Shown: positions 28,709-37,871 of the stretch, in pieces
Layout: each line of letters begins with the position of its first letter
How positions within the stretch are numbered: position 1 is the first letter of the stretch
Assembly: GCA_963719495.1 (NCBI GenBank)
Contig: CAVRCI010000013.1
Span: 128,001 to 192,000 of the forward strand
Length of the DNA: 64,000 nt
Source of the DNA: an uncultured Verrucomicrobiae bacterium
GTDB lineage: Bacteria; Verrucomicrobiota; Verrucomicrobiia; Chthoniobacterales; JAATET01
Reading direction: 5' to 3'
Made by a program: the position numbers and the translations under genes
The notes under the pieces: generated by a model
Database searches by the model: none
What the model saw: only the letters and a program-made list of their open reading frames with translations
Told to the model about the DNA's origin: nothing

Positions 28709-30658
28709 ATGAAAATCCACCCCGTCACCTCACCCCGGAAGCGTCGCCTCGTGCGACCCGTCCTCCTCACCGCCCTGCTGGCGATGACCGTCCCGGCGCT
28801 CGTCACCCCGGCCACGGCCCAATACTCGACCACCACCGCGCCCATTTCCGACGACGCGTACCTGCTGGGCCCCGACGAGCTCGACGAAATGCTCGGCCCC
28901 ATTGCGCTCTACCCCGACGCTCTCGTCAGCCTCATGCTTCCCGCGGCCACCGTCCCCACGGACATCACGCTCGCCACCCGCTACCTCGACGATGGCGACC
29001 TCGATTACGTCGACGACCAGCCTTGGGACGAGAGCGTGATCGGCCTCACCCGCTACCCCGACGTCCTCGCCTGGATGGATGAGAATCTCGAATGGACCGC
29101 CGCTCTCGGCGAAGCCTTCTACGCCCAGCCGGAGGACGTCATGGCCTCCGTCCAGCGCCTTCGCGACGACGCCCGCGAAGTCGGTTCCCTCGTGAACACT
29201 CCGCAGCAGACCGTCATCGTCGAGCAGGAAGTCATCCGCATCGTTCCGACCGATCCCGAGATCATCTACGTCCCCGTCTACGATCCCCAGGTCGTCTACG
29301 TCGAGACCTACGAGCCCGCCTACGTCGGCAACGCCATCAGCTTCGGCGTCGGATTCGCCGTCGGCAGCTGGCTCAGTTACGACTTCGATTGGCGCCGCCG
29401 CGAGTTCTACTACGGCCCCGGCTACGGCTACAACAACCGCGACTACTGGTATGACCGCGGCTCCTACGACCGCGACCGCAACGTCAACGTCGTCGAGACC
29501 AACACCAACATCTCGAACGTCAACAACATCACCAGCGTCGACAATCGCAACATCGACAACCGCACCATCAACAAATGGCAGCCCAGCAACCGCAGCGACC
29601 GTCAGATCGAACAGCGTCGGCGCAACAACGGCGGCAACGCCCGCATCGTCCAAGCCGACCGCAAGAACCGCGCCGAAGGCAAAAAGCCCAACGGCAAGGC
29701 GAACAACCCGGCCATCCCCAAACCCGCGAAGCTGAAGGCCGACAAGAACCGCAAACCCGCCGGACCTCGCAAGGACGACAAGCGCCCGAACCAGCCCAAC
29801 AAGCAGGCGAACAACGACAAGCGCCCGAACCAGGACCGCAAGAACAACGCCAACAACAGCCGGGACAACGACAACGACAAGGGCAGGAAAACCAACAACG
29901 TCAACGCCGACCGCCCGAACCGCCCCAAGGTGCCCAGCGCCGCGCCGAAGGTCGCGGACAAAGCCAACGATCGCAAAAACGACAACGGCAACAAAAACCG
30001 GCAGGCGAAGGACAACAAACCAGCCGACCGCCCAAACGCGGACCGGAAAGGCAAATCGGACGTGAAGAAGCCCACCGAACGCCCGAACAAGCCAGCCGAG
30101 CGGAAGGCATCCGCGAACAAGCCAACCAAGCCGTCCGAAAAGCCAGCCAACCGTCCTTCGAACCAGGACCGTGAAAAAGCGGAGAAGCGCGCCAACGACG
30201 ACCAGCGCCAGAAGCAACAGCGCGAACAGGAACAGCGCAAGCAACAGGCTGACCGCCAGAAACGCCAGCAGCAGGAAGAGCGGCAACAGAAGCAGGCCCG
30301 CGACCAGCAGGCCGAGCGGCAGAAACAGGCCGACCGCCAGAAACAAGCCGAGCGCCAGAAGCAGGGAGAGCGTCAGCAACAGCAGCGCCAGCAAGCCGAA
30401 CGGCAACAGCAGGCCGAGCGGCAACAGCGCCAGAAGCAGGCCGAGCGCCAGCAGCAGGCTCAACGGCAGCAGCAAGCTCAGCGGCAACAGCAGCAGCAAC
30501 AACAACAACAACGCCAGCAGCAGGCCCAGCGCCCGCAGCAGCAGCAGCGCCAGCAACAGCAGCGCCCCCAGCAGCAGCAACGCCAGAACTCGAATCGTGA
30601 AGACGACTCGAACCAAAAGAAAAAGAAGAAGAACAACAACAACGGCAACCGCAACTAG
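28709..30658 (+). CDS. DUF3300 domain protein with long disordered K/N/D- then Q/R-rich tail
   Basis: LDEMLGPIALYPDALV, WDESV, WTAALGEAF, DVMASVQRLR and IYVPVYDP motifs. Confidence 0.88.
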   Translation: MKIHPVTSPRKRRLVRPVLLTALLAMTVPALVTPATAQYSTTTAPISDDAYLLGPDELDEMLGPIALYPDALVSLMLPAATVPTDITLATRYLDDGDLDYVDDQPWDESVIGLTRYPDVLAWMDENLEWTAALGEAFYAQPEDVMASVQRLRDDAREVGSLVNTPQQTVIVEQEVIRIVPTDPEIIYVPVYDPQVVYVETYEPAYVGNAISFGVGFAVGSWLSYDFDWRRREFYYGPGYGYNNRDYWYDRGSYDRDRNVNVVETNTNISNVNNITSVDNRNIDNRTINKWQPSNRSDRQIEQRRRNNGGNARIVQADRKNRAEGKKPNGKANNPAIPKPAKLKADKNRKPAGPRKDDKRPNQPNKQANNDKRPNQDRKNNANNSRDNDNDKGRKTNNVNADRPNRPKVPSAAPKVADKANDRKNDNGNKNRQAKDNKPADRPNADRKGKSDVKKPTERPNKPAERKASANKPTKPSEKPANRPSNQDREKAEKRANDDQRQKQQREQEQRKQQADRQKRQQQEERQQKQARDQQAERQKQADRQKQAERQKQGERQQQQRQQAERQQQAERQQRQKQAERQQQAQRQQQAQRQQQQQQQQQRQQQAQRPQQQQRQQQQRPQQQQRQNSNREDDSNQKKKKKNNNNGNRN

Positions 30659-30667
30659 CCCGTCACC

Positions 30668-30694
30668 GGTGGTTCCCGATCCTCGGGAACCACC
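30668..30694. terminator. Hairpin between convergent genes
   Basis: Perfect 12-bp stem ggtggttcccga-tcc-tcgggaaccacc. No clear U-tract. Confidence 0.55.
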
Positions 30695-30715
30695 TCTTCG
30701 GCGGAACCGGCCCGC

Positions 30716-31522
30716 TCATTCGATGTGCCCGTATCGGGCGCGAACCGCGCAATACACCCCGTAGGCCGCCAAGCCCAGCGCCATCGCCCCGAGCAGCCAG
30801 GCGCCATAAGGCTGCTGCTCGAGCGACTCGATCGCCGCGCCTGATCCCTTCACGGCACCCGAGTTTGCCTGCCATCCGGCTGTGATCAGGAACCCACCGA
30901 TCAGCAGAAACACGAACCCGCGCGCCGCGATCCCGAACCTCGCCAGGCGATCCACCCATTTCTTCACCGTCGCGCTTCCGTCCGTGACCGTGAATTTTTT
31001 CCGATACCGAGCCGAAAACGATTGGTAGAAAAACCACCCCGCAACCCCGACGATCGCCAGCCCGACCGCGATCACCGCCCATTCTCCCAGCGGCTGCCGC
31101 ATCGCCGTCGAAGCGGCCTCCCGGGTCCCCGAGCCGCCTCCATCGCTCCCACCACTCCCCACCAGCCGACTCCCCGCCGCCCACGCCAGACCAGCGTAGG
31201 CCAGGCCGCTGAACAAATACCCGCCCCGCTTCGCGAGCGCGGCGAATCCATCCTTCCCACCCATCGACGGACCGAAAGCCGCGATCAGCCGCCAACCGAC
31301 GTAGCAGACAATCCCCACGAACAACAGCGCCAGAATGAACCAACCGAACGGCTGCCCCGCGAGCACGTCGAGCGTCGATTTCGCGTCCGGCTCCTGCGAA
31401 CCCCAGTTCAATGCCTCCATCCCCGCGAGCCCGGCGATCGTGAAATAAATCACCGCCTTCGCCGTGTATCCCGCCCTCGCCATCGCATCCACCCAACCTT
31501 TTTTATCACTCTTGCCACTCAT
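30716..31522 (-). CDS. DUF1206 membrane protein
   Basis: ARAGYTAKAVIY and three repeats ending QPFG/QPLG/QPYG. Confidence 0.85.
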   Translation of the reverse strand: MSGKSDKKGWVDAMARAGYTAKAVIYFTIAGLAGMEALNWGSQEPDAKSTLDVLAGQPFGWFILALLFVGIVCYVGWRLIAAFGPSMGGKDGFAALAKRGGYLFSGLAYAGLAWAAGSRLVGSGGSDGGGSGTREAASTAMRQPLGEWAVIAVGLAIVGVAGWFFYQSFSARYRKKFTVTDGSATVKKWVDRLARFGIAARGFVFLLIGGFLITAGWQANSGAVKGSGAAIESLEQQPYGAWLLGAMALGLAAYGVYCAVRARYGHIE

Positions 31523-31613
31523 TCCCGAAACGTTCGTCGCTCGGCCCCGAACCGGTCGGGCAAGTCTGGAGGTTGCGATCCTTCGAAACCGGAGCGAAAC
31601 TCCTGCCGAAATC

Positions 31614-32207
31614 ATGATCCGTCCGAAATTCTTCCTGTCCCTCCCGTCCGTTCTCCTGGCCCTGGCGATCGCTTCAACACCCGCAATCTTCGCTGAATCC
31701 GAAACCAGCGCCGCGAAGCCCGTCGTGGACTTCAGCGAACCATCCGACGCCGAGGCTTGGGACGTGGTGAACGACGGAGTGATGGGCGGGTTGTCCCGCG
31801 GCGAGATGAACGTGACCGACGGCGCGCTCGATTTCTCCGGCACCCTGTCGCTCGAGAACAACGGCGGCTTCTCGCTCGTCGAAACGTCCGGCGGGACTCG
31901 GAATTTCGAGGGAGCCACCGGAGTCCGCCTCCGCGTCAAGGGTGACGGACGCACCTACACCTTTCGCCTCGGCACCGACGCCCGCCACCGCGGCGACCGC
32001 GTTTCCTACAGCGCCGATTTCGAGACCGAGAAGGGCGAATGGGTCGAGCGAGTCATTCCCTTCGCGGATTTGAAGCCGATTCATCACGGTGAGTCCGTCG
32101 ACGCCCCACCCATCAACCTCGCGAACATCGAGCAAATTGGCATCCTCATCGGCGACAAAAATGCCGGCCCGTTCGAGATCCAAATCGACTGGATCGCCCT
32201 CGACTGA
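31614..32207 (+). CDS. CIA30 family protein (secreted)
   Basis: VVNDGVMGGLSRG, LSLENNGGF, VKGDGRTY and DKNAGPF motifs. Confidence 0.9.
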   Translation: MIRPKFFLSLPSVLLALAIASTPAIFAESETSAAKPVVDFSEPSDAEAWDVVNDGVMGGLSRGEMNVTDGALDFSGTLSLENNGGFSLVETSGGTRNFEGATGVRLRVKGDGRTYTFRLGTDARHRGDRVSYSADFETEKGEWVERVIPFADLKPIHHGESVDAPPINLANIEQIGILIGDKNAGPFEIQIDWIALD

Positions 32208-32214
32208 CCCCACT

Positions 32215-32328
32215 TCCAACCCGGAGGGCGAGGCTCCCGCCGAGCCGTAACCTTCCACCCAAACCGCCCGAACTCTCACTCAACGCCGATCCCATAAAAA
32301 GACGGCTCGGCAGGAGCCTCGCCCTCCG
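32215..32328. repeat. 114-bp REPIN/MITE-like hairpin element, copy A
   Basis: Inverted arms cggagggcgaggctcccgccgagccgt / acggctcggcaggagcctcgccctccg. 111/114 identical to 33049-33162. Confidence 0.92.
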
Positions 32329-33084
32329 ATGAAAGTCCCAACCATCCGCGGCGTGATTCGTCGGCGCCTGCTTCTCAACTACCGCGTCGATCCCGACGTG
32401 TGCGCAGCTCTGCTGCCGGGAAGCTTCCGCCCAAAGCTGATCCGCGGCCGCGCCATCGCTGGAATCTGCCTCATCCGACTGGAGCGGATCCGCCCCAAGG
32501 GGCTTCCAGCGATCCTCGGCATCACGAGCGAGAATACCGCCCACCGCTTCGCCGTTGAATGGGACGGCGAGGACGGCAGCGCCCAGTCCGGCGTCTTCAT
32601 CCCACGTCGTGACACCAGTTCCCAACTGAACGCCCTCGCGGGCGGACGACTCTTCCCGGGCGTGCATCACCGGTCGCACTTCACAGTCGAGGATGCCGCC
32701 GAAGAAATCGCGATCACCGTGCGGGCAAAAGCCTTCGATCAACCGCTCGTCGAAATCCGGGCGCACGAAGTCGCTCACTTCCCGACCACCTCGGTTTTCG
32801 AATCGCTCGAAGAATCCTCCCAATTTTTCGAATCCGGCTGCGTCGGCTACTCCTCCGACCCTGGCTCACACCATCTCGACGGCCTCCGCCTCGCGGTCGA
32901 TCACTGGGAAGTCACCGCGCTCGAAATCGAAAGCATTGCCTCCGCCTACTTCGACGATCCGGCAATTTTCCCCGCTGGCAGCACCACGTTCGACCACGCG
33001 CTCCTCATGCGCGACATCCCCCACGAATGGCACGCCCTACCAGCCAAATCCAACCCGGAGGGCGAGGCTCCCGCCGAGCCGTAA
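32329..33084 (+). CDS. DUF2071 family protein
   Basis: RRLLLNYRVDP, AGICLIRL, SENTAHRFAVEW and GVFIPRRDT motifs. Confidence 0.8.
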   Translation: MKVPTIRGVIRRRLLLNYRVDPDVCAALLPGSFRPKLIRGRAIAGICLIRLERIRPKGLPAILGITSENTAHRFAVEWDGEDGSAQSGVFIPRRDTSSQLNALAGGRLFPGVHHRSHFTVEDAAEEIAITVRAKAFDQPLVEIRAHEVAHFPTTSVFESLEESSQFFESGCVGYSSDPGSHHLDGLRLAVDHWEVTALEIESIASAYFDDPAIFPAGSTTFDHALLMRDIPHEWHALPAKSNPEGEAPAEP

Positions 33085-33162
33085 TCTCCCACCCAAACCG
33101 CCCGAACTCTCACTCAACGCCGATCCCATAAGAAGACGGCTCGGCAGGAGCCTCGCCCTCCG
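33049..33162. repeat. 114-bp REPIN/MITE-like hairpin element, copy B
   Basis: Direct repeat of copy A. Encodes the DUF2071 C-terminus and its stop codon. Confidence 0.92.
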
Positions 33163-33322
33163 GGCTGGGAAGTCCACCGTTCCGGCGATGAACCCGCGAA
33201 TTCACCCCCTGCGCTCTCCGCATTCTCCTCGGTCGAAAACGCATTTCTTCAAGGCCACCAATCGACTTTCCGTCCCAAGTCTGTCAGGTTCCTCGCGAAA
33301 CGGCTCCGGCCGACCCAATCCG

Positions 33323-35134
33323 ATGAAAAATCCGCTCCGCTCCCTCGCCCTTTTCCTCGCCACCCTCACCCCGGCGCTCGTCGTCGCCCAAGGTGTCGAT
33401 TACGTCGAACCCTACCGCCCCTTCAGCGAATCCCCCGCGATCCGCGACACCACGAAAGGCGAGGTCGACCCGACCCGCACCCTCCAGATCCCCCTCATCA
33501 CCTGGGCCGCCGACGGCGTGACCGTCAGCGCGAACGGCGGCCTCGACCCGAACCCGAATTCCCCCCTCGCCCGCGCCGTCGGCGGAGCCGCGCAACTCAC
33601 CGTCATCGACGACTTCGACAAGCAGGTCGCCAACTACGTTACCGGCAAATCCCCGTTCCTCCGCGGCACCGCCGACATGATCGCCCTCGTCAGCCAGGCC
33701 CTCAAAACCAAGGACCCCGGCCTCGAGCCCGTCGTCTTCCTCCAACTCTCCACCTCCACCGGCGCCGACGGATTCGTCGCCGTCGACACCGACCAACTCG
33801 CCGACCTGAAAGGCAAATCCATCGCCCTCCAGCTCAACGGCCCGCACCTCTCCCTCGTCGGCAACCTCATCAAGGACGCCGGACTCGCCCCGACCGACGT
33901 CACCCTCAAATTCGTGCCCGAGATCACCGCCCCTCCCGGCTGGAATCCCGACGAACCCGCGCTCGACCCCGCGAACGCCCTCCGCCGCGACGACACGCTC
34001 GCCGGCGCGGCCATGATCTTTCCCGACATCCTCGGCACCACCGGCGGCGGTGTCGGCACCGGACAGGAAGGCACGGTCAAGGGAGCCAAACCCGTCTTCA
34101 CCACCAAGACCGCCGACAACGTCATCTTCGACGTCTACGCCGTCCGCAAAGACTTCCTCGCCAGCCACCCCGAGATCGTCGAAGGCTTCCGCGCCACCCA
34201 CCTCGCCAAGCAGGAGGAATTCCTCGCCGACCTCGCGAACGTCGCTAAGAAGAACGACGCCGACCGCCGCAAGGTCGAAGCCTTCAAGGAAGCCAGCCGC
34301 CCGCTCGCCAAGATTTTCCTCCAGGACGCCGGCGCCGTGAACGACTACATCCTCTGGGTCGGCGTCGACTCCCGCCTCGCCGGCACCGCGGGCAACGCGA
34401 AGTTCTTCGACGAAAAAAATTCCGTCGGCCTCCGCGCCACCACCGACCGCATCCAGGCCTTCCTCGCCGAGATCGGCCTCATCGCCTCGCCCACCACCAT
34501 CGCGTTTCTCGCACCCACCGCCACCGACAAACCCACCCAAGCCAAGCCCGCCCGCCAGACCTTCGCCAACGCGCAAGCCGTCCGCGACGCCGCCGAGAGT
34601 CAGGACGCCAGCACGCTCTACGGCTACACGTTCCAGTTCCCCGCCGCCATGAGCGAGATGAGCTGGCAGGATTACCCCGACGTCTTCGCGAAGATCCACG
34701 AGACCGTCGCCCGCTACGGCGGCGCCATCGTCCAACTCCAAGGCCACGCCGACAATTTCTTCGCCAACTTCGTCGCCGCCAAACGCAAAGCCGGCGAGAC
34801 CACCTACGAACGCCGCAACCGCACCACCGGCCAGTTCGACCAAATGGCTCTCCCCAAATACGAGGAGATCCTCAACGACGCGAACACCCTCTCCTACTCC
34901 CGCGCCTTCGCGGTGAAAAAAGCCTACGCCGCCTACGTCCGCGAAGCCCTCAACCTCTCGCCCGACGAGGTCGACCTCTCCCGCTTCGACGTCCGCGGCA
35001 TGGGAATCACCAAGCCCATCATCGCCAACCCGACCACCCCCGACGAACGCGCCCAAAACATGCGCGGCGAAATGGTCATCATCGCCGCCGAATCCGAAAT
35101 CCCCGCCGACTTCGGAGCCGACGACCTGCGCTAA
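33323..35134 (+). CDS. NMT1-like substrate-binding protein fused to C-terminal OmpA-like domain
   Basis: Signal peptide and STSTGADG..LADLKGKSIALQ binding-protein region. C-terminal LQGHAD..LSYSRAFAVK..VRGMGITKP..NMRGE is OmpA-like. Confidence 0.75.
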   Translation: MKNPLRSLALFLATLTPALVVAQGVDYVEPYRPFSESPAIRDTTKGEVDPTRTLQIPLITWAADGVTVSANGGLDPNPNSPLARAVGGAAQLTVIDDFDKQVANYVTGKSPFLRGTADMIALVSQALKTKDPGLEPVVFLQLSTSTGADGFVAVDTDQLADLKGKSIALQLNGPHLSLVGNLIKDAGLAPTDVTLKFVPEITAPPGWNPDEPALDPANALRRDDTLAGAAMIFPDILGTTGGGVGTGQEGTVKGAKPVFTTKTADNVIFDVYAVRKDFLASHPEIVEGFRATHLAKQEEFLADLANVAKKNDADRRKVEAFKEASRPLAKIFLQDAGAVNDYILWVGVDSRLAGTAGNAKFFDEKNSVGLRATTDRIQAFLAEIGLIASPTTIAFLAPTATDKPTQAKPARQTFANAQAVRDAAESQDASTLYGYTFQFPAAMSEMSWQDYPDVFAKIHETVARYGGAIVQLQGHADNFFANFVAAKRKAGETTYERRNRTTGQFDQMALPKYEEILNDANTLSYSRAFAVKKAYAAYVREALNLSPDEVDLSRFDVRGMGITKPIIANPTTPDERAQNMRGEMVIIAAESEIPADFGADDLR

Positions 35135-35151
35135 ATTCAAATCACGAAATG

Positions 35152-35281
35152 GACAGGATTTACAGGATTGGAAGGATTGAATTCCAGACTCTTAGCCCGG
35201 ACCTCCCACTCACCCATCAGGTGACCGGTTCAGGTCGGACAACCCTTTCCGAATCATCCTGTTAATCCTGTAAATCCTGTC
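35152..35281. repeat. Inverted 9-mer array (acaggatt family)
   Basis: gacaggatttacaggattggaaggatt ... atcctgttaatcctgtaaatcctgtc. Same family as 16522-16592. Confidence 0.75.
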
Positions 35282-35312
35282 TCATCCGCCTTTTGAGAAT
35301 CAGTCCCAAGCC

Positions 35313-36161
35313 ATGCGATTTCCCATTCCCATCCTCCTCGCCAGCGCCCTCCTCGCGCTCGCGCCGCCCGCCCCCGCGCAGACCGACGCCTTCCCCGGCC
35401 TCGAAGCCGAGCGCCTCGAGCAGAGCGGCACCGTCATCACGATCATCTTCGACGACTCCAGCTCGATGCGCGGCAACAAGCTCGACGAAGCCAAACGCGC
35501 CTTCCGCGACTGGCTCTCCACCGTCCCCGACAACCACCGCATCGGCCTCATCTCGCTCAACCAAGGCCAACTCGTCGCCAGCGAGCGCGGCAACAAAAGC
35601 GAAGTCGCCGACACCGTCGCCCGCATCCAGGCCGTCGGCACCACCCCCCTCGCCGACGCCATCGACCTCGCGAACGAGGAGATCGCCAAACGCAAAGCCA
35701 GCCGCCCCTTCGAGCGCCAGGTCCTCGTCGTCCTCACCGACGGCGAAGACAGCACCGCCCGCGGGGCCGCCGGGGTTCAGGACGAATTGCAGGCCGCCGC
35801 CCGCGAAGGCACCGAGACCGTCGGCATCGGATTCTTCGGCGAAGGCGACTACATGAGTTCCGCCGCCACCCGCTACTTCGACGCCGCGAATTCCGAAGAA
35901 CTGCGCGCCGGCCTTGCGAAAGTCGACGCCGAGATCGGCGACACCAGCGACATCGTCATCTCCCCCGAGATCGCCGAGGCCATGAAGACCGTCTCCCTCG
36001 CCGACCTCCGCCCCACCGCCCCAGCGAATTCAAACGCCCGCGCCGACAACTCCGCCTCGCCCAACTCGACCACCAGCACCAACGACGGCCCGCCCTTCAC
36101 CTGGATCATCATCCTCGTCATCGCCTATGGCGTCTACCGCGTCTTCTTCCGCCGAAAATAG
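35313..36161 (+). CDS. vWA domain protein, signal peptide and C-terminal TM anchor
   Basis: MIDAS motif DDSSSM, GTTPL and VLTDGE. C-terminal WIIILVIAYGVYRVFFRRK. Confidence 0.9.
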   Translation: MRFPIPILLASALLALAPPAPAQTDAFPGLEAERLEQSGTVITIIFDDSSSMRGNKLDEAKRAFRDWLSTVPDNHRIGLISLNQGQLVASERGNKSEVADTVARIQAVGTTPLADAIDLANEEIAKRKASRPFERQVLVVLTDGEDSTARGAAGVQDELQAAAREGTETVGIGFFGEGDYMSSAATRYFDAANSEELRAGLAKVDAEIGDTSDIVISPEIAEAMKTVSLADLRPTAPANSNARADNSASPNSTTSTNDGPPFTWIIILVIAYGVYRVFFRRK

Positions 36162-36173
36162 TCTGATCGCCGG

Positions 36174-37694
36174 ATGAAAAAATGGCTCACCGCCACCATC
36201 ATTCTCGTCACCCTGGCGATGGTCCTCTGGGGCGTCAGCAAGCCGTGGCGCGAGAAAAACGAATGGGATTCCCTCGTCGAGCAGACCAGCGACGCCATCC
36301 CGACGAACCGCACCATCACCGTCCTCGGTGACGACTGGCTCGGCTACCTCGTCATCCGCTCCGGCGATTTCCAGAACCGGATGGCCCGCGCCGGCATCCG
36401 CGTGAACTTCGAAATCGAACCCGACTTCGACGCCCGTATCCGCGCCCTCCGCAACGGCACCGCCCAGTTCATCGTCCTCACCCTCGACAGCTACCTCGTG
36501 AGCGGCGCGGCCAGCGATTGGCCCGGCTCCGCCATCTTCGTCATCGACGAATCCTTCGGCGGCGACGCGGTCATCGGCGACGCCGACCTCGAGAACATCG
36601 ACTCCCTCGACAACCCCACCGTCCGCGGAGCCTTCGTCGGCGACTCCCCGTCCGAATTTCTGCTCAAAAGCCAGACCTCCCACTTCAAGCTCGACCAACT
36701 CCGCCCCCGCCTCGCCAGCATGCGCGTCCCCACCGTCGAAGCCGCCAGCCAAGCCCTTGCCCGCGGCGACGTCGACTTCGCCGTCCTCTGGGAGCCCTTC
36801 GTCTCCCGCGCGTTGGACGAGATCGCCGGTGCCCACACCCTCGTCGACACCAAGCAGGCCCAGGGCCTCATCATCGACCTCTGCCTCGCCTCCCGCCGCG
36901 TCCTCTCCGACGACCCCCAACTCGCCGAGACCTTCACCCGCACCTACTTCGCCACGCTCCACGACCTCCTCAACCACCCCGAAAAACTCCGAGCCGTCGC
37001 CGCGAAAGACGCCGACAAAAGCCCCGAAGAAGCCGCCACCATGCTCGCCGGCATCCGCTTCGCGAGCCTCGGCGACAACGCCATCGACTGGCTCAGCCGC
37101 ACCGGCACCCCCCAGCTCGTCGAGAGCATCGACTCCATTGGCACCATCCTCGCCGACAACGGCCAACGCGTCACCCTCCCCAACTCCGACCCCCTCAGCC
37201 TCCTCTACCGCAAGACCATCGCCGACGTCGCCGCCAAAGACGACGGCATTGCCCCCCTCCTCGCCCAAACCCCCAAGCCCAGCCAAAACTACCGCTCCCT
37301 CACCGAAGCCGAATGGGCCGACCTGATCCCCCAGGTCAAAGGCACCCTCCTCGACGAGCCCATCACCTTCCGCCCCGGCTCGACCACGATCCCCGCCGAC
37401 TTCGAAGACGCCGTCCGAGCCGCCGCCCCAAAATTATCGCATTACCCTGACTACCGAATCATCGTCGAAGCCCACGTCGCCCCCAGCGCCGACGCCGAAG
37501 GCGACAAAGCCCTCTCGGAAAAAAGAGCCGAAGCCGTGAAGCAATTTCTCCAATGGGAGTGCGGCGTCCCCGCCACGAGAATCCACACCATCGGAGCCGG
37601 CGGCACCAACCCGCCCGAACGAATCCAAAACCAAAGCCAAACCGCCTACGAACGCCGCTCCCGCCGAGCCAGAATCACCCTGGTAGGAGAATAG
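36174..37694 (+). CDS. Substrate-binding protein / OmpA-like fusion, N-terminal TM anchor
   Basis: DDWLGY, IDESFGGDA and AVLWEPFV motifs. C-terminal ITFRPGS..LSEKRAEAVK..IGAGGTNP is OmpA-like. Confidence 0.8.
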   Translation: MKKWLTATIILVTLAMVLWGVSKPWREKNEWDSLVEQTSDAIPTNRTITVLGDDWLGYLVIRSGDFQNRMARAGIRVNFEIEPDFDARIRALRNGTAQFIVLTLDSYLVSGAASDWPGSAIFVIDESFGGDAVIGDADLENIDSLDNPTVRGAFVGDSPSEFLLKSQTSHFKLDQLRPRLASMRVPTVEAASQALARGDVDFAVLWEPFVSRALDEIAGAHTLVDTKQAQGLIIDLCLASRRVLSDDPQLAETFTRTYFATLHDLLNHPEKLRAVAAKDADKSPEEAATMLAGIRFASLGDNAIDWLSRTGTPQLVESIDSIGTILADNGQRVTLPNSDPLSLLYRKTIADVAAKDDGIAPLLAQTPKPSQNYRSLTEAEWADLIPQVKGTLLDEPITFRPGSTTIPADFEDAVRAAAPKLSHYPDYRIIVEAHVAPSADAEGDKALSEKRAEAVKQFLQWECGVPATRIHTIGAGGTNPPERIQNQSQTAYERRSRRARITLVGE

Positions 37695-37871
37695 ATAATT
37701 CAAGGAGCGGCACCTTCCAGGTGCCGAAGTCCGGCGAATCGAGCAAAGCGAGAGAGCCGCTTCCATCTCGAGGAGCGGCGATTTGCAATCGCCGAACCAA
37801 CCCAATCCCGCAAAGCGGGACACTCCCCTCCCCAGCCAACTCGCGCACTGCGCGAATCCCCGCATCCGCGA

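Noticed and set aside
28730..30616. 628-aa Leu/Val-rich minus-strand ORF that looks like a membrane protein
   Set aside because: It is the antisense shadow of the Q/K/N-rich DUF3300 gene (CAG read as CTG).
32215..33162. Possible CRISPR array or IS element
   Set aside because: Only two long repeats separated by a whole gene. No spacer periodicity, no cas gene and no transposase.
33284..35140. Long antisense ORFs (also 36030-37286, 42452-43813, 44134-45549, 13302-14117)
   Set aside because: Typical stop-poor shadows of high-GC genes that have clear motifs on the opposite strand.
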